Notes: generated by a model not told the origin, from the sequence alone. A DNA stretch of 21,939 nt from Octopus sinensis (GCF_006345805.1 NW_021836983.1:1-21939), one strand, 5' to 3'; numbered from the stretch's first letter, positions 1-10,413 are shown. Translations and numbers: made by a program.

Positions 1-2
1 AG

Positions 3-140
3 CAAAACAAGCAACAAGGATATCCAAGGTGGAGTAGTACAATTGTTCATGCTACTTCATGAAACAATTGTTACTACTAACTGTACAGTAGCATGAAACA
101 TTTGTGCAACTTTACCTTGGATATCCTGTTGCTTGTTTTG
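3..140. repeat. Imperfect long inverted repeat (foldback / MITE-like or hairpin RNA)
   Basis: Arm 3-56 (CAAAACAAGCAACAAGGATATCCAAGG...CATGCTACT) is the near reverse complement of 87-140. An internal alternative pairing exists between 33-51 and 58-78. Confidence 0.75.
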
Positions 141-232
141 ATTATAATACCCCATTTGATTTATATGGATAATACCATACGAAATTCTGGTGCCTTAACT
201 TAAGTACCATATTCATCTGAATCTAATTTTGC

Positions 233-237
<5 letters not shown>

Positions 238-278
<41 letters not shown>
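238..278. repeat. (TA)n microsatellite
   Basis: Pure TA run. Confidence 0.95.
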
Positions 279-281
<3 letters not shown>

Positions 282-784
282 ATATATTATATTATTATAT
301 ATGTGTATGTATGCATGTATGTATGAGCCTGTCCGTGTGCGTATACGCATACACATCTTGGCGTTCTAACTGAAATAAACGTTTATAGAAGACGTGTTAG
401 AACGAATTATATATCCTTACAGAAGCACCAAAATGGCTCTGGAAACCAGATGCATTCGTAAGAGACTCAAGCGAAAACCATCGCCATCCAGAAATATCTG
501 AGAGAAATTTTGAGTTTATCTAGATTATGAACACTCCTTACAAGGATCGGATTCCAGCTCAAAACTCGCAGAATCCGAATTTTGTGTAGAAGGAATATTA
601 CTGGATGAGACAGTAAATATGGGTTTAGCTACACAGTGTGATGTTAATATTTTTCTCAAAAATATGTCAGAAGTTCAGCTGAAAGCATGTATCCAGTTGA
701 GTGCTCGGTAAACCGGATTTAGTGCGATTCGACTCAATGTCACAGACATAGACTGAGTGAATCAATTGTAGGTATATTTATTAA

Positions 785-1200
785 GGCGGTGAGCTGGCAG
801 AAACGTTAGCACGCCGGGCGTAATGCTTAGAGGTATTTCGTCTGCCGTTACGTTCTGAGTTCAAATTCCGCCGAGGTCGACTTTGCCTTTCATCCTTTCG
901 GGGTCGATAAATTAAGTACCAGTTACGTACTGGGGGTTGATATAATCGACTTAATCCGTTTGTATGTCCTTGTTTGTCCCCTCTGTGTTTAGCCCCTTGC
1001 GGGCAGTAAAGAAATACGTATTTCGTCTGCCGTTACGTTCTGAGTTCAAATTCTGCCGAGGTCGACTTTGCCTTTCATCCTTTCGGGGTCGATAAATTAA
1101 GTACCAGTTACGTACTGGGGGTCGATATAATCGACTTAATCCGTTTGTCTGTCCTTGTTTGTCCCCTCTGTGTTTAGCCCCTTGCGAGTAGTAAAGAAAT
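785..1200 (+). mobile_element. tRNA-derived SINE family A, head + 2 tandem bodies
   Basis: Head GGCGGTGAGCTGGCAGAAACGTTAGC (A-box-like) and B-box-like GAGTTCAAATTCC. Two ~185-bp bodies start at GTATTTCG (833 and 1018). Tail is AAAGAAAT. Flanking 15-bp TSD with 2 mismatches: AGGTATATTTATTAA (770-784) and AGTTATATTTATGAA (1201-1215). Homologous copies occur elsewhere in the window. Confidence 0.9.
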
Positions 1201-1352
1201 AGTTATATTTATGAAAATAAAATGTGTTATTTGGAGCTTCGAGCTTCTTATTTATTCCCGGTTAAAGCTTAGACACACTTGGAGAAAGAATACTCAAACA
1301 CTACATATATACATATTTTACATACATACACACATAAATACATAAATACAAA

Positions 1353-1478
<126 letters not shown>

Positions 1479-1663
1479 GCGTGTTGCTATGTATTATGTT
1501 GTTCTGAAAATAATGACCGCTCTAAGTGTTGTGTTTTGAAACGCGATTTTACCATAGTATTTTAATTATATTTTAGGGGAATTTCGACATACCTATTAAT
1601 TGATATATGCTCTTTAATAATTTTCTATTTATTTCATTTCAGACAGAAAACAGTCCTGAAACA

Positions 1664-2207
1664 TAGGCACCCTAATTATGAACATGAGTTCCGGCCTGGG
1701 CACAATGCCTCCCTAACTGCTGTCAATATCGACAGAGCATGGGGAGAGGGGTCCACAAGTGATCGCACAGTACGAAGGTGGTTTCAGAAATTCCGTAGTG
1801 GTGATGAGAGCCTTGAAGATGAAGAAGGTCATGCAGTCTTGACAATGAACAATTGAAAGCAATTGTTGAACAAAACCCACGTCAAAGTGTCAGAGAAATG
1901 TCTCAGGCACTTGGTGTTGGTATTGCGACGGTCTCACGCAATCTACAGAAAATTGATAAGGCGAAAAAGCTCGATAAATGGGTACTGCATTAGCTCAATG
2001 AAAATCAATAAGTTCGGCGTTTTGAAGTGTGTTCGATCCTTTTTCTGCGAAACACCAATGATCCTTTTCTTGACCGAATAGTCACTAGTGACGAAAAGTG
2101 AATCCTTTATGATTACTGCAAACGATCGGGTCAATGGCTTGATCGTGATGAGTCCCCTAAACATTTCTCAAAGCCAAAGTTGCACCAACAAAAGATTATG
2201 GTGACTG
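1664..2207 (+). pseudogene. Mariner (DD34D-type) transposase remnant, 5' half, with stops and frameshifts
   Basis: Translates to HEFRPGHNASLTAVNIDRAWGEGSTSDRTVRRWFQKFRSGDESLEDEEG (HTH), then after a frameshift ...KKLDKWVLH*L (WVPHEL motif) and FLDRIVTSDEK*ILYD (first catalytic D), and KPKLHQQKIMVT. Truncated before the second D. Confidence 0.93.
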
Positions 2208-2849
2208 CAAAAATAAGGTGGCTTTAGCTGTGTCAGTAATTGGTGTTGATATTATCAATTGGACCCTAAATGAACTAATGAGATGAGATAGAAAGCTCAA
2301 GAAAAAATAACAACGTTTAGAATATACCACCAACAGTTTGACATATAAACATTATATTTACTTCAAGTATAGGACAGTAGGGGGTCTAATGGAACCAGAA
2401 AACTATTATCAAAAGTAATTGTCACTGGAGTACAAAATTATCAAAAAGGAAAAGAAAGAAAGAATAATGAAAAGCTAATAGAAATAGCTGCAAACGGGAA
2501 TCAACCAGAACAAAAAAGCTGCTTTCTAGCTTCGAAGACTCAAACAACAAAAACAAGGAGTGAAATGAGAATTATGGAAAAAAATAAAAGTCAAGAATGG
2601 AAATTGAAAAAGGGGCTGAAATCCTGTCTAAAATAGAACATGTAAAATGAAGTCCTTACTTGGTAAAAACCTGGAGAAGCTGAATAGGGTTTAGGTAGAG
2701 AAAGGAGATGTGAAATACGGATTAGGAAGAGGAGTTGAGATTGAAGGAGTCTTCATTTTGACGCGGGACCAATGCCTCTGCCACAAGAAACCACAAAAGA
2801 TGTTTATCTGGAGTCAGTTGTTGCGACTAGGACTGTTCATGGCTTTGGC

Positions 2850-3575
2850 ATAACTCGATCAGCTTTCTCCATATTGGTCAGTTTTTGTTGGGGTTTGCCA
2901 TTATTATGAATCAGTTCATTTCTACCTCAAGTTCCTTTTTGCAGTATCTTTAAATCTCAGTCTCGATCTTCTGTGGTCATCTTTGTGGTCTCCCGTCTTC
3001 TTTGTGGCCTTCTGTGCTTTCTGTGGTCTTCTGTCTGAGGAGTCTGTTGTTGTCAATTCTGTGTAAGTGACCCAACCAACTTAAATTTCTCTCACTGAGG
3101 ATTTCCACTAGAGGAGGCAGACCAGCTTGCTGAAGGATCTCTTCATTCTTGATTTTGTCAAAGAAAATAAGTCCAAGCTGTCTCATCACATATGCATCTA
3201 ACTTGTCTATTTGAGCTTTATAGACTGTCCAGTTTTCAGCTTCATAAAGCAGGGGAGAATGAAAAATACATTTGACACGTATAGAAACAGGCCTATTTCT
3301 CCAGCCTCTCCTGCAGCACTAATTCTGCTCATTCTGCATGTGATTTTCTGGTCCAGTCGTGCATTATATGTGACAATGCTACCTTGGTATTTGAATGCTT
3401 CGTACAAGATCAGCCCTTCATGTCTAATAGTAATGCTTTCTTCTATTACAGAGGCATTTTGGTTCTCCACAGGTTGTTAAAAGGAACCTTTAAGCTGAAA
3501 TGTAGTTCAGTTTCCGCATATCATCAGTGCTGTCGGTAACCAGTACACTATCACCAGCGAAAATATAATGAAGCA
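2850..3575 (-). mobile_element. RTE-clade LINE fragment (RT C-terminal part and downstream region)
   Basis: IFAGDSVLVTDSTDDM (decayed FADD, 3550-3561); EAFKYQGSIVTYNARLDQKITCR; KNEEILQQAGLPPLVEILSERNLSWLGHLHRIDNNRL; GRP..RLRFKDTAKRNL. Confidence 0.85.
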
Positions 3576-3600
3576 AAATAGGGCAGTAGAACATTATAGA

Positions 3601-3956
3601 CTAGCACTATGACTGGGCAACGCCAGGTCATAGTGCTAGTGCAGCATATACAGCTGCGTGCGTGCACACATACACGTACTGTCCAAATCTCCGACCAATC
3701 ACATACAGCTAGCTGGCATTCAATTGGCGTGTCAAGTTTCGGGCATTTTGATTGGGTTTTGGATAGAAAATTCACAAAAAAGTCACTTCTATTGATTTTT
3801 TTAATGGCTTTGCGGGGTGACTGGGCAAATGTAAGGATGTGCACGACTACCCTTGGACGGTTTTGAATGACCATAGAAAGTGCGAGCCCTCTAACTGAAA
3901 AATTGTGGATTTGTATAAAGGACACACAGACATTTTGCCGTTTATATATAGAGAGA
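3601..3956 (-). mobile_element. Non-autonomous Helitron (356 bp)
   Basis: On the minus strand it begins a|TC(TCTCTATATATAAAC...) and ends with a hairpin and CTAG|t. It sits between A and T with no TSD, which are the canonical Helitron termini. Confidence 0.8.
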
Positions 3957-4267
3957 TACGTTAATAAGAGAATGTATAGAGATGGCGAAATATCAGTGTC
4001 TCTGCCTTCTTACTTTTAACTGAAAAACAATACATCTACATGCATGATAGACTTGGAGTCTGCATACACTGAGAGCTTTTATGAGTCTTACGAAATATCA
4101 AAAGAAATGAGGTGGTACAAATACATACAAGAGATCGCCTAGAAGCAACCATACACTGGGATATGCCAATACACAAACAGGAAGACCAAGACCAATTAGC
4201 CAGATGTTGTGGTCAGGTATCCAAGAAAAATGACTTCAAATCAAATATATTTCTTCCAACACATAAT

Positions 4268-4438
4268 CTTTTCTACTCTAGGCACAAAGCCCGAAATTTT
4301 TAGGAAGGGGGCCAGTCGATTATACCGGCCCCAGTGCGCAACAGGTACTTAATTTATCGACCCTGAAAGGATAAAAGGCAGAGTCGACCTCGGCGCAATT
4401 TGAATTCAGAACATAAAAGACGGACGAAATCCTGCTAA
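4268..4438 (-). mobile_element. 5'-truncated SINE-A-related copy with a different 3' tail
   Basis: Shares the central GAGGTCGAC..GCCTTT.ATCCTTTC.GGGTCGATAAATTAAGTACC block with SINE A. 13-bp TSD with 1 mismatch: TCCAACACATAAT (4255-4267) and TCCAACAGATAAT (4439-4451). Confidence 0.85.
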
Positions 4439-4898
4439 TCCAACAGATAATAATGTAACTCTCAAAAAGCAATCGCAAATATAAATACATGGAAGTAGAG
4501 ATAAGAGATAAGCTGAGTGTGGAGCCTGAAATCAAAACCATACCCAATGACCAAATACCAAAATATAAGCCTCACAAAAACGTTTTCTTGTTGGTAGGGC
4601 CCTCATCCTATGAAAAGCACTGTCAGCCTGAGGATATTTGAATCTTTTAAAATCGTTTCAAATCGCAAATATTACAACAAACTTTTGTCGGGATCTAAAT
4701 TCTCGGTATTTGCTTTTTTGTCTCTGAAACAAATAACTGCTTCTCATAAATAACACCCACAGCAAAACGACAAACGCGCTGTTTCTTGAGATTTCTGGCT
4801 GAGACTGATGCAGCTCGTATAAAGCAACGACAACGAAAAGAAAATAATAACAATAATAATAATAATAATAACAATAATAATATAATAATAATAACGAA

Positions 4899-5380
4899 TT
4901 CTTTTGTCTTGGTATAAAAGATGGGCTACAGCAAATATTCTGCTCAATACCACAGATTTGCTTGTCAGTTGTTTGACCTTAACCGGTTGAGCATGTCCGT
5001 TGGTGGCTGACGAAATGTGCATCTCTGATCAGGAGCAGAAGTAGTGGGGGAGCATCGTAGCCATGTGTTGAGAGGGATTCTTTGGGGTTTGGATAATTCA
5101 CCTTTGGAAAGACGGGTGGTTCTTTCAACATCCTTAAACAATCTTTATTCAGGGACCTTTTGAGTGGGGTGGGCTACTCGACGAGAAGAAAATTCTAACT
5201 GGGCCCCACCTGCAAGGTCATGTGCTGTTTATCTTGACATAAGATCACCATGTCGCGCACATATGGTTGTGATGCATGTGCCTAGTGTACCCTTATCAGA
5301 CGGGTAGTCATGATGGGTATACTGGGCTTCGTATATTTTACCCCAGTGTCACTTTGATGGCATGCACTGCTCTCTTACTC

Positions 5381-5436
<56 letters not shown>
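4899..5436 (+). mobile_element. Unclassified ~480-bp interspersed repeat ending in an (AAT)n tail (probable non-autonomous retroelement or LINE 3' end)
   Basis: Complex non-coding sequence bounded by (AAT)n on both sides (4843-4894 and 5381-5436). Orientation is inferred from the tail. I recall it as a common octopus repeat (unverified). Confidence 0.5.
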
Positions 5437-5438
<2 letters not shown>

Positions 5439-5699
5439 TGAGAATGTTGGTTCTGTTACTGACAATGAAGACAGTCGACGACGACGACGATGATGGTGAT
5501 GACGTTGGTGCTGATGGTATCTTACACTTAGAAAATGGTTCCAAATTTGTTGTGTGACTATCAGCGTCGAACCCCACCCTCATTATATGAATGATGATGA
5601 AAGGCTAAGATGACCCACCCCCCACAATCACCAGTGGGCGAATTAACTATTATAAGGCAAACACACACTCAGTCAGTCCTACATTCTCCGTTAACCTAC

Positions 5700-5945
5700 C
5701 ACCAATGTTAACATTCTGTTCATCCGCATCATCTTCATGATTCTCCTCCTCCTCGTCCACCTCATCATCATCACTATCATCTTCAATGTCATCATCATTA
5801 TTATCATCATCGTTATCACCACCATTATCATCATCATCATCATCATCTCTACCAAAACCACCACCATCAACATCATCATCATCATCACCACTACCTCCAC
5901 CGCCAATACTACCACCATCACCTCCACCACCATCTTCACTCGTCA
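5700..5945. repeat. Degenerate (CAT/CAC)n trinucleotide array
   Basis: TCATCA/CCACCA runs; explains the overlapping poly-D/S/I/M ORFs. Confidence 0.9.
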
Positions 5946-6059
5946 TTTTGGCCATTATTACAATACCCCCGCCAATAGAGCGGCAATTCTTCCGTGGATG
6001 GAGAGTCGTGTAGATGCCAGCCACTCTCGGCTGTTAGCGCCGGGGAATCGAGTTCAATT

Positions 6060-6137
6060 TCAGTTTACGACAACTTGGGAGGCGGCAGCGTTGAAGTACT
6101 TTACGGACGCCATGCTGAGCTGAAGACAGTCAATTAC
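6060..6137 (-). CDS. Candidate terminal coding exon of an unidentified host gene
   Basis: Strong acceptor TCTTTCTCTTCTAG (phase 1), or an in-frame GTCTTCAG at 6119, leading to IDCLQLSMASVKYFNAAASQVVVN*. Lies in a CpG-rich unique island. No homology recognised. Confidence 0.25.
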   Translation of the reverse strand, partial: VIDCLQLSMASVKYFNAAASQVVVN

Positions 6138-6179
6138 TAGAAGAGAAAGATTCACACAGTCTCCCACACTAGTATGTCA

Positions 6180-6565
6180 GCACACACACACACACATACA
6201 CACACTCATATGCACACACATACACATCACATACCTACACTCGGGTTAATAAACTCAGTTAAACAGAACGCACATGATCATATAACCGCACGCATTTTGT
6301 ATATATTCTAATTTGTGTGTTCACACATACACACGCACATACACACCCACGTATATGCATATAACTTTGTATATATATGTGTTTATATATGTATGTATAT
6401 ATATATAAATATATATATATATCTATTGCTCACGTTCCCTCATGCAATCTCTCAATAAAATGTGTGTATAAGTGTAATAACATATACACAGACATGCACA
6501 TGCGCACACATAAATGTGTGCGTGCTCGTGTGTGTGTGTGTGCGTGTATGTGCGTGTGTGTGTAT

Positions 6566-6617
<52 letters not shown>
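6180..6617. repeat. (CA)n / (TA)n / (TG)n compound microsatellites
   Basis: Dinucleotide runs seen directly. Confidence 0.9.
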
Positions 6618-6619
<2 letters not shown>

Positions 6620-6715
6620 ATCATAGAGATATACGTACATATCACCTTTGGTTTTACGACCAACTACGTGTTCTTTATAGTCAAGTACTTAAGTGGTTGT
6701 TGTTTTGAAGAAATT

Positions 6716-6716
6716 A

Positions 6717-6772
<56 letters not shown>

Positions 6773-6935
6773 GTCATCATCATCATCATCATCTTTTACT
6801 TTGCATCATTATGTTTCTGTAGTTATTGTTGTTCTCCCTGTTACTCTCCTCCTCCTCCTCCTTCTTATTATTATTCCTCGTCTTCCTCTTCTCCTTCAAC
6901 TCCTTCTCCTCCTTCTCTTCCTCCTCCTTTCTTTA
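6716..6935. repeat. (TTA)n, (CAT)n and (CCT/TCT)n simple repeats
   Basis: Seen directly. Confidence 0.9.
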
Positions 6936-6947
6936 CTTTCGTTACAG

Positions 6948-7005
6948 CTGTTGATATCCAATTCATCTTTGGTTTCCTGGCTGTAACCCGAGCTGTAAAA
7001 TTTCA
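6948..7005 (+). CDS. Candidate 58-nt internal exon (unidentified)
   Basis: Polypyrimidine tract and TTACAG acceptor, GTAAGT donor. Only one frame is open (phase 1 to 2): VDIQFIFGFLAVTRAVKF. Confidence 0.35.
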
Positions 7006-7197
7006 GTAAGTAAACCTTTAAACAGTATGGCAGGCTCTGTAGGTGGAACATTCCAGCTCTTCTCTCTGCTCCCAACTTAAATGTCTTTCCCTCTCTCCCT
7101 CCCTTTCTTTCCTCTCTTTCTTCCTTTCTCATTCCCTGCTAGCCCTTCCCCCCTCTTTTCTTTCTTTCTTCAATTTCAATTACATTCATACTTTCAG

Positions 7198-7261
7198 TCT
7201 CTCACAAATAACGAACTGTTCACAAAGAGACAAGAAAAGGACATCAGAGATTCTTCGTGAA
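7198..7261 (+). CDS. Candidate 64-nt internal exon (unidentified)
   Basis: Pyrimidine tract and CTTTCAG acceptor, GTAATT donor. The open frame (phase 2 to 0) is compatible with the 6948-7005 exon: (H)LSQITNCSQRDKKRTSEILRE. Confidence 0.3.
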
Positions 7262-7704
7262 GTAATTTAACATAGGATGCACTCCACCCTTGAGACATAT
7301 GGAAGAGGGTCTAACGAAAGGGCTACAATTTTGTTCACTCAACTTCATTGTCGTGAGAAAAAGAGCCACGTTGATTCATAGAGGCCTGCATATGCAATGA
7401 ACGCGGGAAGGATGGATAGTCGTGGTTGGAACACGTATTGCTATCTGTTTGTTCTTAGCCACGATGTAAAGTTTAACGACAGCAACACGTACAAAACACG
7501 AAGGAAGCTCCTACTGATGATTTGAACTGCTAGAAATAGCAGCCTAAGCTCCCTGAAATGTCACCCACTTTATCTTAAAGATGATGTATTCGTAGTCACC
7601 ATACCTAAATAAAAAACGTGACGGTCACATTTGGAATCGTTTTCACCTTACGTCGGTTTAATGAAAGCTGATGTTGTGAGGTTACACACCCACAACACCA
7701 ACGC

Positions 7705-7712
7705 TCTCTCTC

Positions 7713-7771
<59 letters not shown>
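7705..7771. repeat. (TCTA)n tetranucleotide microsatellite
   Basis: Seen directly. Confidence 0.95.
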
Positions 7772-8286
7772 CTCCTTCTCTCTTTCCTTCTGTTCAAGTC
7801 GTGTCTCAAAAGCCTAGAAGATGGGTCCATTAAAAGCTAACTTCACAGACTGATTTAGTCGTATCAACCAGTTCCATAATCCGCCCAAAGATAGATCAAA
7901 ATCTCTTACAAACAAAATATGCTGCACCAATCACTGACTGAACCACCAACACCATGCGGCTATTTATTTATTCATTCATTTAATGTTTTTGCCCCGGACC
8001 CACAGAGCTCATGCGGCCGGTGATTCTCCGGGTTTTCCAAGTGATTTAACCTGGGAATACAAGATTCCATGGGGCGTTTGTGTGTCAGTAATTTATTCAC
8101 ATTTATCTTACAACAGCCAGAGAGTAACATAGTCCGATGCCATATGTAAGGTGCATCAGGTCTCCATCTCCTGGATCAAATTCTGATTGGTCGGACCAAC
8201 TTTGATGGGAACCAGCAAGACGTGTGGGTCGATTCAGTTATGCTGCAAAATTACCGAAATGTTAATGACATACTACAGCGAAACCA

Positions 8287-8850
8287 GTGCCATACTGTCG
8301 CCTTTCCGCTGCCATACTACTGAGACACTACTAACATACCACTTGTATACTACTGCCATGCTATATTACTGTCATACTACTACCATACCACAGCCAAACT
8401 ACTATTACACAACTGACATACAACTGTCATGCAACACCAAACTACTGCCATACTAATGTCATACCACTGTCATACTGCTACCTCACTAATGACATATTAG
8501 AATTATACCATTAATACAAATGCTGTTGTATTACTCTCGTAATACCGCCATACCACTGGCATAGTACTATCAAACAACTGCCATACAATTGCCATACTAT
8601 TGTCATACGACGTTGCCATACCACTACAAGACAACTGACATATTAGTGACATACTAGAGTCATATTACTGTCATACTACTACTACTACCATACGACTGCA
8701 AAATTACTGCCATACTGCTGTCATAATACTGCCATACTACACACATACTACTGCTATACAACTTCTATACACCTGACATAGTGACACACTTCTGCCATAC
8801 ATTTGACACACTAGTGCCTCACAACAGCCACATTACTGTCATACAACTGA
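8287..8850. repeat. Degenerate ~11-nt minisatellite (core ACTGYCATACT)
   Basis: Dozens of variant TGCCATAC/TGTCATAC/ACTACT units. Confidence 0.8.
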
Positions 8851-9576
8851 TAATATTTACTTTTAGCCAAGTCTCAAACAATAAGAAAAATGAAAACCTG
8901 CAATCTGATATTTATATTCGTCGTACGGACTGTTGAGTAAACGATTCACGTTAAACATTGTTTAAAATCTTTGTCTTAATTGGAACGCGCACAAATCTGT
9001 TCCGTTTTCAGCCTTTAAATATTTTAAAACATTTCTACAGAAGTAGGATATGCGTGTTTGTGGAAGACAAGAAAACTGTGAATCTATATTCGTTTCTTTT
9101 CCGACATACGAATATTACAGCCATCATTACCTCGTTTATATGGCCTGCCATCGTTAATGTACAACGAAAATTCAACATTTTCTGATTAATTCAAAATCTT
9201 GTCGAAATATTTCAAACTGTCTGTATATATTACATCAAAATAACCAAATAATGCTTTCGCTTTTAGTATATCTTAAGTTTTCTGGTTTTTTTTTTGTTTT
9301 TTGTTTTTTTGGTAAAGTTTTCATTTTTTTGCGGATGACTATATGCTCTGAAGAAAACGAACGTATTAAAGAATAGCAACAAAAATTTCTAAACAACAGT
9401 TTTCGTCATTCCTTTGTGTGAGAAGGAGGGAAAGTTCATCATACTCTTTTAAACAAGAAAAGAGACAACGAATATGCTTCTTCTTTTTTTAAAATATCAT
9501 CGTATTATATCTCCCAAATGATATTATGTGTCTTCGTTTCCTTCCATAATTGTTTAAACTGCAAGTTATGTGAAAC

Positions 9577-9862
9577 AACAACAACAACAACCAACGTTAC
9601 TACTACTACTACTACTACACTACTACTACTACTACTACTGTTATTACTACCACTACTATTACAAAATCAACAACAACAACACCGCCAACAAAAATTCAAA
9701 ACATTTCTCAGTTTATATTCTGAGCAATTTTTCCATTTTCTAACCCTACCCTCAGCGATGTATGCAAATTGCGTTGTTTAAATCTAGTTCGCTTTTAACT
9801 GATCTCCTGCCAATGATGATGACGATGACGATGATGATGATGATGACGACGATGACGATGAT
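9577..9862. repeat. (AAC)n, (ACT)n and (GAT/GAC)n trinucleotide runs
   Basis: Seen directly at 9577-9680 and 9812-9862. Confidence 0.9.
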
Positions 9863-10189
9863 AAAGCTGTTGTAGGTGTGTGTGTGTGTTTCTCTGTGTG
9901 TGTGTGTGTGGTTGTTGCCCCTAAACATATCTTTATTTGTTGTTCTCTGAAATTCTTCACAGAAGATGAAAACATTTTACATTTAATTTCTCAATCTGTT
10001 CACTGACAAACAACAATTTTCCAGTTTCTGTCCTGCTGAGCTGATGACGTCTTGTGTTTTTCTTGTGTTTTTCTGGTGTTTTTCAGTTGTTGTTTTTTCG
10101 TTTTTTTTTTATTTTCTTTGCACCCCGCCAATGAAATAAGAAGACATATTGACAAAGAAGTACAGACGTGATGACATATGTACGCTTTA

Positions 10190-10367
10190 TATATATGTAT
10201 ATATATATTTGTATGTATGTATATGTGTGCGTGTGTGCATATATATATATATATTTATGCATATGTGTATGTATGAATATATATACACACACACTCACAC
10301 AAATATGTAAATATACATGTATATATATATAAGGAAGCATTATGTTTTTACATAACTTTATTCATTT

Positions 10368-10413
<46 letters not shown>

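Larger units (their letters stand above)
2211..4894 (+). mobile_element. Degenerate R4/Dong-like (RLE-type) non-LTR retrotransposon 3' portion, interrupted by three nested insertions
   Basis: Colinear decayed motifs. 2211-2800: IINWTLNEL..DRK, YHQQFDI*TLYL..RGLMEPENYY, EIEGVFILTRDQCL..TRNH. 3975-4267: HDRLGVCIH, WYKYIQE..ATIHWDMPIH..N*PDVVVR. 4439-4630: PTDNNVTLK..KYKYMEVEI..TIP..QKRFLVGRALIL*KALS. It ends in an (AAT)n tail at 4843-4894. The clade call rests on recalled R4/Dong consensus motifs. Confidence 0.75.

Noticed and set aside
423-457. Possible micro-exon APKWLWKPDAF resembling the Cys-loop receptor WxPD motif
   Set aside because: Only 35 nt, all three frames are open, and no other receptor exons were found; chance similarity is likely.
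1621-1680. Strong splice acceptor (TTTCATTTCAG) just upstream of the mariner ORF, suggesting a SETMAR-like fusion
   Set aside because: The transposase has multiple stops and frameshifts and is truncated, so it is not domesticated.
5292-5299. CTGATAAG on the minus strand as a hammerhead ribozyme core
   Set aside because: It lacks the invariant G of CUGANGA, and I could not build the three stems with GAAA.
5650-6024. 124-aa acidic, Gly/Asp-rich ORF
   Set aside because: It starts at GTG, is almost entirely encoded by a GAT/GGT repeat, and overlapping frames are equally open.
7520-7580. Short segment reminiscent of another octopus repeat end (TGCTAGAAATAGCAGCC)
   Set aside because: Only a recollection; there is no second copy or boundary in the window to support it.
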